NCBI GenBank assembly: GCA_050084985.1
Contig: JBITNC010000001.1
Coordinates: 83,638,001 to 83,702,000, forward strand
Source of the DNA: Nageia nagi
Lineage: Eukaryota > Plantae > Pinophyta
DNA length: 64,000 nucleotides
Direction of reading: 5' to 3'
Part shown: positions 24,832-38,182 of the stretch, piece by piece
Numbering within the stretch: the first letter of the stretch is position 1
How the letters are laid out: the number at the start of each line of letters is the position of its first letter
Position numbers and translations under genes: made by a program
Notes under the pieces: generated by a model
Database searches by the model: none
What the model was told of the DNA's origin: nothing
The model's input: the letters and a program-made list of their open reading frames with translations, nothing else

Positions 24832-25900
24832 TTCTTCTCATGACCCTAAAATAATTCCTAATTTCAATTCTTTTTTATTACCCATTGTAGTATTTCCCTT
24901 TCCCTTTTCTATGAATTTGATTTCGTACATTGGTAGCTATCTCATTATCTCTTATTATTTTTCCTATGTATTGATCTCCATACATCTTCTTCCTTCTTTC
25001 TTCATTTAGTTTTTTTTTTTTGAATATTTCCTTTTTTATCTTTCTTATCAATCCTTTGTATAATGATCAAATCCTTTACAATAAGTGCATTAAAAAGGGA
25101 TATTCAAATACACCACCTCCTTCTCCCATATCCCTCAATCTTCTTCATTAGGAAAAATAATTTTCTAAGGTCTTTTGAGATTTCAATATTTATGCAAAAC
25201 AAAGCATCAATAATTTTTGTTTGATATCTAGTTCCTTTCCCTATTGACATCAATTACCCTAGTTCATTTTCAATCCTTACAATCATGCTTGTATTCCAAT
25301 ACTCTATCAGTACATTTCAAAGGATGATCAAGTTGGGATTAGGTTTATGTTCTTAGTATTTAGTATGAATCCTTTGTGCCAATGCTTAAGAACTAACCCT
25401 TTCCTACCAACAAACCAAGGGTTTATATCGAGGAATTTCTTGATATCTTCTTGAAGGGACAATTTAAAGAGAAAAAATTCTATTTTAAAGATCCATTAGC
25501 TCTACTCATCCTTTGGTATTCCAATATTTTGACATCCATTTTAAAATTCTTTCCAATCCTAGTATGATTCTAGCAAACCTCCTAACTAAAGTATTTTTTG
25601 ATGATCTATTTCATTGCTAAATTCTCCTTTGGCATTGTAATTTAAATTTTATTTTCTACTATCCTTGTTTGTATATCTACTTTTATCTCCTCAACTCATT
25701 TCTCTCTATCTTGCATAATAATATTAATTTAATTATACATTATCTTTATATTCCATCTATTCTATTCCCTTATCATTAAATAAAATGGATTATTTCCAAC
25801 TTTTGACTACATAGATAAGTGAATCCTTGATTGTGATGACCTAGAGCCCATGCCTTCATACCCCTTCATCTTCTCTCCATCTTAATCCAAAAGCCCTGGT
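24832..25900 (-). mobile_element. L1-type ORF1 (DUF4283) element split by the LTR element; 3' part at ~16353-16713
   Basis: Minus strand reads NTLVRRFARII...KWMSKYWNTKG...FFLFKLSLQEDIKKFLDINPWFVGRKGLVLKHWHKGF...IEYWNTSMIVRI. The pyrimidine-rich continuation left of 16714 ends at a T-run (~16354-16360). Confidence 0.7.
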
Positions 25901-26059
25901 GGCATTGGGTGCATAAGCCTTCATAGCTCTAGTTTATCTCCTCATCATATGTATCTCCTCCTAATTCATGTGCTATAGATCCTAAATTGCATGCATGATG
26001 GTTTACTAAGGGCATCCATTATATATTTTTAGTCTTGTAATTGTTAAATGATTATACTA

Positions 26060-26460
26060 TGCATGATTATTGTTGGGTACTATCATATATACTATATTAC
26101 TTTGAACTTAGGCTATGTAGGTATGACACAAACATTGTAGTGATACTATCATATAATCTAAAACTATGTTATGCAAGTATGTCTTGCATATTGTAATAAT
26201 ATTATCTTCTTACACTATGTTATGTAGGAATGATATGAATATTACAAGGATACTATTATATTACAGCAAACTATGCTATAAAATTATGAAATAGTTATAT
26301 TCTAGTGGTATAACCATGAACATTATGCAAATGTGTTATGACCTATACATATATGCTAGTATGTGTGTCTACATACACTAAAAATTATGTTATGAAAGTA
26401 TGCTATGGATTCTATAATTATTTAGATTTATAACATGCTTATGCAAGAATATGATATACT
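26060..26460. repeat. Degenerate ~55-bp minisatellite
   Basis: Recurrent ACTATGTTATG.A.GTATG...ATATTGTA.TGATACTATCAT units. Confidence 0.55.
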
Positions 26461-28680
26461 AATATTGAATAAGATTAGGAGACATAGCAAGAAAAAGGAA
26501 TACCAAATTCTACTTACTTTAAAAATGCATAGTCAAAATGCATCACATAAATAATAAATGTATAAAAAAAATGTATTAATTGCCTTGTATCCTTATCTTT
26601 TCAAAGTATTTAGCATAATATAGTATTTTTTCCATTGTGCAAGGTGAAACAATTTCTTGTTTCAAAATCTTAAGTGGTTATATATTAGGATTATGTCCCT
26701 TGAAGGAATTATGTTTCTCTAGAATCTTTGGATTAAGTCCAAGAAAAATTTCTATATAGCGCTTATTGTACTTGAAGTGTTTGAAAGGTATCTTCTTTGA
26801 ATTTTGTAGGTATAAGTATTTTAAGGACTCAATCAAATCAAGAAACATGGAGTCATAATCACCAACATAGATTCAATTCATACCTTACAACATGATCACA
26901 TCATATATTATGAGGTAAATCACATTATTTGTATTAAATTCATATTATGCTACATTTAAGAGTGGGGTGAAGCACAAATTCCTCTCTAGTATTATTAAAA
27001 GTTTTTCATTTTTTAAATTAATTGAATTTATCAACCATCTTAATGTTGACACTTTTAATACCCTCTTGCATCTCACCTATCTCTTATGAATCAATAGCAT
27101 GTTCATTAGAGATAATCTCACATTGAAATAGCAAAGAAATTTCAAATGTCATAATAATTGATATTTAAGATCATGGAAAGGTACTAAAAGATATATTTTG
27201 TTTGGTTCTATTAGATATCCATCATCATGTCTTAAGTTCTCACTCCATTTTTGAGGATCCTAAGTGCAAAAATTCTTTAAGTTCATAGTATGTTGTATTT
27301 TAATGTAGGGTATAATATGAGTACTAAAATATTTACTATGAAATAAATTATAGCTCATTGCATAAACATTATCATAAAAGAGGGTAAGAGATTACTGTAT
27401 ATTGATGATAGTGGTTATGTTGGTTTTTATTTATCTATGATTACATTATTTATTCAATTTACTTATTTATTAAATATTTACTTCATACCAACTTGAGGAG
27501 GGTTCAAATTGTTTGTTTGAAGTTGTTGAAAACCTCAAAAAAGGTGAACTCAAGGATTCAAAACTTCAAACAATTCTAAAATGAGATAATCAAAAACCTT
27601 ATATTCATTTCTTTATATTAATAATATTTTACTCTTTTAGAATTGAATGCTTCATATGAATTGAGCATTAACAATATTTTGATCCAAGGAATAATTTATA
27701 TCCGCTATCATACTTAAACTTATTGTATAAACTTGATATTCTTCAAAATTTTACAAACACATTTAAGGATACTTATAGAATTCTTACCTATATTTGTCAA
27801 ATTCAGGACTAGTGGCATAACTAAGAGTAACTATGGCCAATATGGCTTCCTCATGCACTATGGAATTTCTAAAAAGAAATACCTTATAAATAGAGCTATC
27901 ATTTGATCATCATATTATTGAATAATATAGTTTATTTCTTCTATACCTCCTAATTTCTATGTAATTTTATACAACACTCCATAAAATAATGTTAACAATT
28001 CACCTTTCTTCCCTTTATCATATGAAAAAAAATATGAAGCTCCATTATTTGACCTAATTTCCTTATTATAAGAGGGAGAAACTACATAATATTATTTGTA
28101 TTTTCCTCCATAGAATATGTCATAATTTCATTCATATTATTATATTCAAATGTTATGATATGAGATTAAGAAGATCATCTTATTCATATCCTTTTAAGTA
28201 AGTAGATACAAAGCACCACAAAAATTCTCTTCTACATTTGAAGAATTATATATGATTTGTAATATTAATCCAATAATAGGTTTAAGATTAATAGGGTTAA
28301 TTACAAGATTTTGAAATGCAAGCTCATGGAAGAAATAAAAAATCCTACTCACACTCTAAAAAATTAACCCTAAGAAATGATAATAAGGATTTGAAATATT
28401 TTATAGTACTTATTGCATGATAAAAGAAACTATATCATTTTCATCATTCCTTAAATATAAAACTAATAAAGTCCCTCCCACCCTTAAAAATTTTCAATCT
28501 CCTTCATCTTGGTTCTAGTATTCTTCTTATTTAGTCAAAGTATCTAAGAGAAGAGACATAAGTGAAGGTACTACTTTTTTTTTTATATAAAACTTAAATG
28601 GTGAATCTCAAAATTTGTGATAAATTTGAATTGTATATTTCTTGAATCATGTAATTGTGTTTCTGTACATTACTTATCTA

Positions 28681-29321
28681 AAGAGGGGAAAATTGTAGAC
28701 ACCTAAAAATAATTTTCTATTTATCATAAAATTATGTTTTATGGTAATTATAAATAGTATCATTAAATGGTGTAAATATCAAGAAAGAAGGCTCAAGTAT
28801 AAAATAAGATCAAAGCAAGGTATTTATTATCAAACTCCAATAAGATCAACACATAATCTTGATAGGTCAAATTGAGAGCATATTATGCATTGTGTAAATA
28901 TCAATGGCATATTCTGGTAGAACCTATCTAAGCATAAATTATACTCTAACACTCTATTATGACTATCTTTTCAATCTCTCAAGATTATGTTGGAATAATA
29001 GCATGAGCAAAACACACAATCTAAGTGCACAACATTGGTGGTGTTTGTCAGAGATAGAATTCATGGTGTACTTTATGTACATTAGAGCCTCCAAAATTGA
29101 AAGATATTTCATAGTAGTACAAAATATATCATATTTGACATTCATTAATTGAATAAGTGGGATTTGATCTAGTTGACAACAAATCAAGAATGGTATAGTA
29201 TTTCCATTTATTGGTAATGCATGGTAATTAAGGTGAATTACTTATTTCATTTATTATGATAAAAGAGAAACAGTATATTGTATCCATAATTACATCAAAT
29301 ATATACTATAAATAGTCTACA
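28681..29321 (+). mobile_element. PPT plus LTR (28694-29321) of a truncated Tat-like element
   Basis: AAGAGGGGAAAAT|TGTAGACACCTAAAA ... GTCTACA, with a perfect 7-bp terminal inverted repeat. Confidence 0.7.
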
Positions 29322-31276
29322 ACATTTTTCAACCTCCTTTATTAGTATCCTAATGAACTCAAGCATCAATAATGACTCAAGAACATTTTACAAGTTAAAT
29401 ATACCATTTAACAAAAATTCAACTTGGTTGAACAATCTTTATAATTAGACCTATACAAAGACATAAGTTTTGATTGACATCCCTTATTGTACAAATAAAT
29501 TATCCAACTTTCAAAATACCTAAAATGATACAAATTAGTCAAATTCTCACTTAAGACATCCCTATCAATGATGTCAATGTTGTATAAGTTATATAGGTAT
29601 GATGTTGATGTTGTATAAGGTTTGTAGGCATAATGTCAATGTTATTATTCTTATAGATCCATGTAATAAGATTATAACAGAATATACTATACATTGATCA
29701 TGAAGATTCCTAGTATCCATCTTTATTCCAAATAATATGATATCTAAAATAGACCTTTTTTTAGATCAAATATGAATGATAAATTCACACTCTAGAAAAT
29801 AGATTTGAATGTTAAAGGGGCTCAAATAGCATTTTTCATGCTTTTAAGATTTTTTCCAATATACCACTCTCATGTTTTTTTGATTTTAGGGTTCTATAGG
29901 TATGATAATATACCTACTAACTCTTCACAAATATGTGAGAACAAATAAGATTATACCTAAAATAGTACTAACTTCAAGTTTAATAATTGATATGTTCATC
30001 ATACATCTATAGCCATTAACATATAATTTAAGATTAAAATATGTAAAATGAGATAATTGAGACTATAGTAGATGGCATATTGAGTATTATGATATCTTGT
30101 AAAGAGATAAAGTGTATTAAGAAATTCATTTTCATATCATATGTTGGGATTGTGAATGTCATTGATCTTTTTAAACACTAGGTAAATATTTTGATAAGGC
30201 TTATTAGATGTTCATTATACCAAGTTATGAAGATGATTGGATGGGTATGTTACCTCATCTCTTTTCCTCCACAAATATTGAAACTCAACTTCAAGTTTGA
30301 TATTAAATATGTATGTCTAGTGCTTTGTATGCTCTAAATTATGATACTTGGGATAATGTTATTTTGTTTGAATATAGATATATTTTATTCCAAAAATATT
30401 GGTAGAGAAAGATACTTGGGAATCTAGTATAAAATAATATTGATCTTAACATAGTTTTTTCAAGATTGTAAAAAACTTCAAATCCTAAGGGGTTTAAACC
30501 TTCAAGCTTATTATTAACATTGTATCATCCAAAAAATATTCATTCTAATCAAAATAGGTCAAATATTTCTCATATCCTATTTCTTTGGGAAGCTATGTAG
30601 TTGCCCACAATAAATTGTCATTTTAGTAGTTTAGACTTGGTAGTGATTTCAAAGCCTAGATCCCTCAATAGACTACTATATGTTATAGGCTTACAATATT
30701 CAAAATGCAACATGTCATCAAAATTTAGCATGATACAAAAAAGTTATCATTATTTCAATAAAAATGAGGGCCTTCATCAATTGATCAAAAATATTGTGTG
30801 TTATCTTAGCATTATCATATACTTTAGCTAACATATTTCCTCATAGGGACTCCATTCAATCTAAAATACTCCATGTATGAAAACCCCCTGTTGGCCTTTT
30901 GGATTGGAAAATTAAAAGAGTAGGAACATTTCATGGCACTTGTAGGATAACCAAGATTATAATTTTATTTTTTAATCACATATTTAAACTTCTCGTCTAC
31001 AGTCTATGAGGGTGATTATAAACTACCATATAAATTATTAATCTATTAGCTCTATTAATGTTGTTTCAGACCATCCTAAAAAATCATTATAATTTAGTTA
31101 ACATTAATTATCATTTTTGTGTAGTGACTTTCTATGAAATTGAATACCACATCTATTTAGATGTTCACTTCATTAGTAGTAAGGCCATCATATTTCAATA
31201 ATTCACTAATACCATTATTATTTTATTTCAAAAATGGGTTCAAGAGTAGTGAAAGTGAGCATACCCTATACTTCAA

Positions 31277-32300
31277 GGGTGAAAGCAAGAAGTTGAGTCC
31301 ACTTAAAGGGGAAGTGGGGGAAAATTGGTGAAGTTAAAATACAATGTTGGAATAATCAGGATCCCAATAAATATTGTGATCTTCATTTTAAATCAAGATC
31401 TTGATATTTAAACTAAACTATATGTATAAAATATTAGGATCTTGATATTTGAATGTTCAATTTTACCTTGGTTTTAGGTTCAAAAAAGGATTGGTGAGCT
31501 AGCACTTAGCCTTGAACCTATAAGTATGTGTTCATGGTAATGTTAATACAAATCTCAACTTTAGGCATACATTTGATGGAGTTTCTAGTAGAATTTGTTT
31601 ATAACATTAAAAACCATTATAGATTAAAGAGAATAGATTTCAAATATGTAATTTTTTTTACAATGGATACAATTTTATATTTTTCAATTATTTTTTTAGT
31701 AAAAGTAGTCCATATACTTGAAATATGATGGTATTGTATTTTCTCAATAAGTTTTTTTGGGTTATGTAAAACAAATTATATAGGGACAAGTTTCATAGAA
31801 TTCTCTATAAGAATGAAAAAAATTGAAAAAGGATTCAATTTAGATAAAATTATGTTGGACAAACATGAACACTTTTCAAAACCACAAACATGCTTAGTAT
31901 AAAATTAATAAAAACAAATATTGATGAAAAAGTTATGGAAAAATATCTAGGACAAGCTCCAATGTCTTAGGTATCTTTTCCTAAAAGAATTTGAAAAAAT
32001 ATCTTGATTTTAATCAAATTATGTAGGATTGACACATGCATGGTATGGTCCAAAAATGACATTAAAAAAACTAACTTTTGTTCATCCTATATAATTTTAA
32101 ATTCTATGATCTAGGTATTAGAATAAATTATATATTTAAAAACTAGACTCTAAGCACTACATTTTCATCATAGTGACCTTTTTCATGATTCCATATCTAA
32201 GTGCTTCAAATTTTTAGATCAATCATACCCAAACTTGAATATGAAGGAAATCACTCCCACTTTTTGACCTTAAATTGAAGCTAACTTCTTGCACCCACCC
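31277..32300. mobile_element. Non-autonomous TIR DNA transposon (MITE-like, possibly PIF/Harbinger)
   Basis: Left end GGGTGAAAGCAAGAAGTTGAGTCCACTTAAAGG; reverse complement of right end GGGTGGGTGCAAGAAGTTAGCTTCAATTTAAGG. Flanks are TCAA/TTAA and there is no ORF. Confidence 0.6.
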
Positions 32301-32309
32301 TTAAGAAAG

Positions 32310-33245
32310 AAGGTGATGATATTCTACTTGTTTATTAGTATATTGTGGAATTGATTTATATGATTAGTAGTTCTAGTTGGAAGGATGATTATAAAGTTTA
32401 CGGGATGTGTGAATTTGAAATGAAAGACTTGGGGTTGATCCACTATTTTATTGGAATAGAGATGTATCAAACTAAAGGTAATTTTTTTGTCAAACTATGT
32501 ATAAAAAGGACATGGTAAATGAGTATGACATAAATAATTATCGATTAGTCCTTGAAATTATTTCACATGATGAGGTTTTAAACAAAGAGAAAGGGGTTTA
32601 AAAGATGAACGTCACTAACTGTGAAAGCATTTTTCAAAGCTTGGCATTTTTCATAAATATTATATTGAAAATTGCAGATGTTATCCCATTTATTTCTAAG
32701 TACTTGAGTGAGCTATCTCTCAGAGTTTCTAGGTACATGAGTGATCCATATCATTTTTATTTAAAGATTTACAAAAATATATTGACGTATTTTAAAGGAA
32801 CTATTGATTTTGAGATTTATTATTTTTCTATGAAAGAGATCCATAGTTAATTGAATTTAATTACTCATGTTGGAGAAGTTTCATAGATGATAGAAAGTTA
32901 ATGTTTGAAAACTATTTCTCTCTTGGATTTGGGCTAGTCAGTTAGATCTCAAAGAAGCATTAATCATTGATAAATGCTCCCTATGAGGTTGAATATATGG
33001 TTTTCACTTTAGTTAGTGCACAAGTCTTATAGTTAAGAAATAATTTAGATGAGATCAATGAGGAATGAAGTAGTCATATACTACTATATTTTGTGATAAC
33101 TTGAGTGTCATGTAGTTGAAAAATAATCACATACATTATAGTAGTTCTAAACACTTTGACTTGACATACCACTTCATTCATGATATAGTGCAAAAGGGGA
33201 CATCAATTGTAGCACACATGAAAAACTAGATAATATGTTTGGTAA
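32310..33245 (+). pseudogene. Ty1/Copia RT-RNase H fragment
   Basis: CEFEMKDLGLIHYFIGIEMYQ, ILTYFKGTIDFEIYY, EVEYMVFT, CDN...SKHFDLTYHFIHDIV. Confidence 0.85.
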
Positions 33246-36200
33246 AGGTGTTGGCTCACTAGAGGAATAAGTTCATATGGATTATAGAGTGACTACTTGG
33301 AATTTATCTCAACCTTTTGTATATTTTTTCAAGATTATAACAATAGCTGTACAATATGCCCTTCATAGAAGATTCTTGTAATGATTAGGAGGTTCGTGAA
33401 GCTTCTTATAACTAAAAAAGAATACTAACTATGATTTATAGCCCATATTTCATCCATGTAACTATACAAACTTTGTAAGTTGAGAAAGGTAAAGAAATTT
33501 TGAGTATTAGTGTTAATTGTAGTTAGTATCAACTACTATAGTCTAGTATGTAAATTTTGTGTTTTCTATATATGTTTGCAGCTATATTGACAAGTTTTAG
33601 AGTCTATAACTTTTCATATATTTTTAGTTAATTTTATTGAAATTTAGCTTTTTTGATACCCATTCTATGTATAATATAATAACTCACTTTCTTACAAAAT
33701 TATTGATATTTATGTGAACCAAATTATTCACCTAGTGGCTACATTTTTTGGTGTCAATCTATTGATTCTATTTTTGTTGCATAATTAAAATTTCACATAT
33801 TAATGTTTTAATCATTAAACTACATTAGATGTTGGAATTTTTTTTTATGAAAAACATTCTTTGCAAATTTTTGTTCCTAACTAATGACCACATTGAAAGG
33901 TTCTCTTCCTTTAAAGTCGGTAAAGAGTCACTCTTGACCCTATCCACGCCCTCGTTATCATCACCCATAGCTCCAAACTGGCTAACATGAATGAATAAAT
34001 GTTTGTTTTTAAACCCAAACGTCCACTACAAAAATTAATCGCAATAACTCTTCCATAGGAAAACAACATTTATTTAATTATATATCACCTTAACACTAAT
34101 TATACCGAATTCCATTCCTCTCCATATATTATAGTGCTTTTAAGAAACAAATTTCTATTTATACTGTTTTAAATATTTTCATGAAGAACTAAGACCATTT
34201 GAAAAACATTGCAGGCTAAAATTTTAAAGCCTACATGTGCCCTCTTTGACGGAATTTTATTGAAATCTAGTATATAAATGTGTATGAATTTTACTGTAGC
34301 AAAACATTTTTGCTCAGGAAAGGTCCAACAGATTCGCAACCTATTCTCACATTTGAATAATGGTGTTCGTGATGAACTTAGATTCTAAGAAGGATATTTC
34401 ACCTTCCTCAAATTATTATGTTGGCAGGAAAATTTTAGTCATTAAAAATTGTTAATTCGTAAGAAACCAGACACGTTGGATAACATTGTATATAGGTGTT
34501 TACAAATCGTTGAAACGTGCTTGGTTCTTTTTGCAGCTCCAATAATTAAATAAGCTATTTTAATTTAAAAAACAAAAATTAAATAATATATTGCTAAATT
34601 GGAAACTCCCTCTATTTTTTATTAGAAGAAATTAAGATTGTAGACAGTTTGAAACAAAGCAAGAAACTAAGATACTCTTCACTCAAGAAATAGCACAAAT
34701 ATGAGGCAAGACAACGTACTATTAAAAGGAACCTATCTTAATGAAAAATACTTAAATATATAAATGTTTTTTAATATATTAAAATTAGACATAATTGTCT
34801 TCCATGTCCTTTGACTTTAGAACTCTTAAATAATTGTCATATATCGTATATATAAAACATAGTAAACTTATATTGGGATCATAGGTACTTAAAAAATATT
34901 GCATACTACTTACAACATGTTTCTTTTGACTGTAACTTTGAGAAAAGAACTAATCATACTGCTTAACTATATTGTCCTTTTTGCTCATCTTAGTCAAATT
35001 CATAAAAGTTTTACCACTTTTAAATGTGCATTATATGTCAAATATTAATAGAATAGACTTGATTATAATTGTGCAACTACATTATTGTTACTTCTATATG
35101 TATGCAGAAGAAAGTCAATATGGTTCTACACTTCGATTATTATTCTCCTTGGTTTTTGGAGACAGGGATTTCTTGGAAATCAAGAATTGAAATCATAAAG
35201 TTTTACACTAATTTAATGTCTTGATTGATTGAAAATATAATTTTAGATTTAATAATATAAAAATGTATTTTACTTTTGGAATGTGTGTATATATATTAAA
35301 CATTTTGATTCTTGATTAAAAGTATAAGTTTATTTTGCTGATTTTTAATAATTAATTGTATCTATATTAAAAAATGTTTATTTTAATATTTAATTTGAAT
35401 TTTCAAAGGAGATGTGTTTGTAAAAGAACTTATTTTTTAATGTTTTCTAAATATTGATTATAAACTATATTTTTATTAATTACGGTTATCATGTATAGGA
35501 CAATTTAAAAATTCGTTACTTTTTATTATAAGTTTTCACTTGTAAACTACTCATTAACAATAGAATTTACATCTGTAGGTCCAGTTCATTAAATTCAAAA
35601 TAAATATTTAATCAAGGTACGAGTCAAGAACAAAATAAATTTAATCAAGTTCAAAGTAGATAATTCATAGAAACACCCGTGTGACCAAAACAACATTTTT
35701 TAAGGAGGTTTGTCAATTGGTAAGCTTGTGTTGACTAATTCAATGATGCTGATCGGATTAGGTAGCATGGTAATCAGTGATTTCATCTATTAAAAAAACA
35801 TTAATAATTTCATTAGGTTATGTTTGTTGGGAAGATAGATGAGTAACATGGGTAAATTTTTTATTATGAAACTTGAGTATTTTTTAAAAAGGTCTTTATT
35901 ATTATAATAATTATTAATAAAAATCAAGAAATTTATGTGATTATGTTTAAATTATAATCAAAATTTTATTTAGTAAAGTATATTCTTCTTCTTTTTAAAC
36001 TTATTTATACATGTAAGCTAATTAAAATTTAAATTTAAATACTGCAAATCTTTAATATTCATAATTTTTTTTTAATTTAAAATTTGATCTATAAAACTAT
36101 ATAATACATATAAAAATATTTTATAATAATACCTTTTAGATTGCATTATTATTATTAATTTCTTTTAAGAAAAAGAATAATTAGTTTTGTAAATTTTATT

Positions 36201-37299
36201 TTCTAAATTCTTGCTAACACTTTCTATTCAATTTATTTCATTTTTTACAAGTTTAAACTATTTAAAAAAACTTATCATTATATAAAATGATGTTATGGTA
36301 TAACATGTTAAAATCAATTTTATATAATTTTTAATTAAAATAAATATAATTTCTAGTAGATGTGATATTTTTTAAAATTATAGATTATTATATTATTTTA
36401 CAATAATTTACGTAATCATTTTTATAAAATAAGCTTAAAGAATAAAAAAACATAAGTTGTGATATAAAAAAATAACATTCATATCATAAATTTAATATTA
36501 TAATAGAAACAAATATTTTAATTTGAAACATCTTGATTATTGATTGTTGAAAACATATTACTTTTATTTTATATTTTCATCTTCCAAACAATAAAGTCTT
36601 CTAAATTATTATAGATATGATAAAAAAAGGTAAAATAATTTAACAAAACTATGTAACTTCATTAAAGAAACATAGAATAATAATAATAATCTAAAAAAGC
36701 TATACACATTTCATAAAAGATTATTCTTTTAAAAATTAATTTTATAATTATTATTATTGTTTTTTTTAAGTAAAAAGTGCATATAACTTTAATTTTAATT
36801 GACAAATATTATGAAATTATGTTAATCTTTTAACTTTTGATTTTGGATGTGATGGATTATAATAAGTAAAGATGTGGAGATATGGACTAATCAAGGCAAT
36901 TGGAATTTGTAGAAGGTATTTAACGGTATAAATAAGGTTAACACTAAAATAAAGAAATCATGATTAGAAGGTCTTCATGGAATAAGCAAAGACCTCTCCT
37001 ATTTGACAGTACGGGAATCGACATACTTCACTTTAGGCAAATTGAAGAGTAAATAAGCAGTAAAATCTCAAATGCCATTTCATAGAAACGGAGCCTAACA
37101 TATTCCACTACAGAAAGACATATATTATTTTAAACAACTCTATTCCTCTTTTCATAATTCAATGGCTGCAACTTCAATCTACATAAAATATTGGCTTTGA
37201 GGGCACACCACTTTAACAAAATCATATTAATTTCAGAAAACTTTTCAATGCCATGTGATTTATATTTAAATTTTGTAATGAGATGATGATTTCAACTCA

Positions 37300-38180
37300 C
37301 ATCCTACCGAGAAAAAAGGCAAGAGGACAGAGACAAAACACCATTGAAGCCCCATGGGAGGGGACCGCAGTCCAGGTGTCTTCTACACACCAGCCTCCAT
37401 TTTCTTAATAGTTTAAACAGCTTTCTTCCTGTATTGGCTTCGAAAGAAGCTGGGTCTCCCTAGTATTTTAATGGAAGGTTCCTGGATAATATGAATTGTA
37501 CTGTTCCAGAAGGGAAGGGAACCGACTTTTTTTTTAATGGGAAGGGGAGGTCTCTTCCAGTCCACACTCTCCTATTCCCTAAAGGCCTTAATCGATTTTC
37601 AAATCACACGTGATGATGCATCAGATGGGTGGTCAAGGGAGTTGAGATGCCGGTGGAAGGGGCTGATTGTGTGAAGAAACTATTTATATTGTTTAGAGCT
37701 CTACATAGGAAAAACGAACACATTTAGGGTTTCGAGTCGTTTGGAGATAGACGAGGCGAAAGTTGGGCGTTGGGAGTCGAGAAGAGATGAGAGGAAAGAG
37801 ACAAGAAGGAGGCCCATCGACCCACTTGCCCACGCGCACGCTGTCCCACATCTAGCCCTAATTCCAATCTATCCTTAACATCAGAAACCATGTGGTTTTC
37901 CTTGATGGATCCCATCTGGTTTTTGTTGATGGAGACTTAAAAGCACAGTCGGTATGAAATTCCGGTTTGGGTAACAGCGGTTTATTAATATTTTTAAGCC
38001 CAGAGTTTGTCCGATTCGGGATGCTTATTTACTTATTCCTCATGGGTTCTGGTCGTCTTCTTGCTGCTGCTGGTACTCGATCGGAGGAAAAGGAAAGTCT
38101 GAAGCATTGAGAATCGAACCGGAGACTGAAATTCTTTCTGAATTGGGTTGGGAATTGAAGGAGGGGAGAAAAAAACGTTT
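37300..38180 (+). promoter_or_regulatory. AHL promoter/5' leader region with G-box CACGTG (37607-37612)
   Basis: Rising GC and CpG upstream of the CDS, G-box, GA-rich tract at ~37780-37810, TATA-like stretch at ~37981-37997. Confidence 0.45.
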
Positions 38181-38182
38181 TG

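Noticed and set aside
37418-37453. Short hairpin CAGCTTTCTT...GAAAGAAGCTG with partial miR396-like words
   Set aside because: The stem is too short and imperfect for a plant pre-miRNA and there is no full mature-miRNA match.
38043-38102. Frame encoding WVLVVFLLLLVLDRRKRKV, resembling a transmembrane micropeptide
   Set aside because: No ATG in that frame after the upstream stop at 37995-37997.
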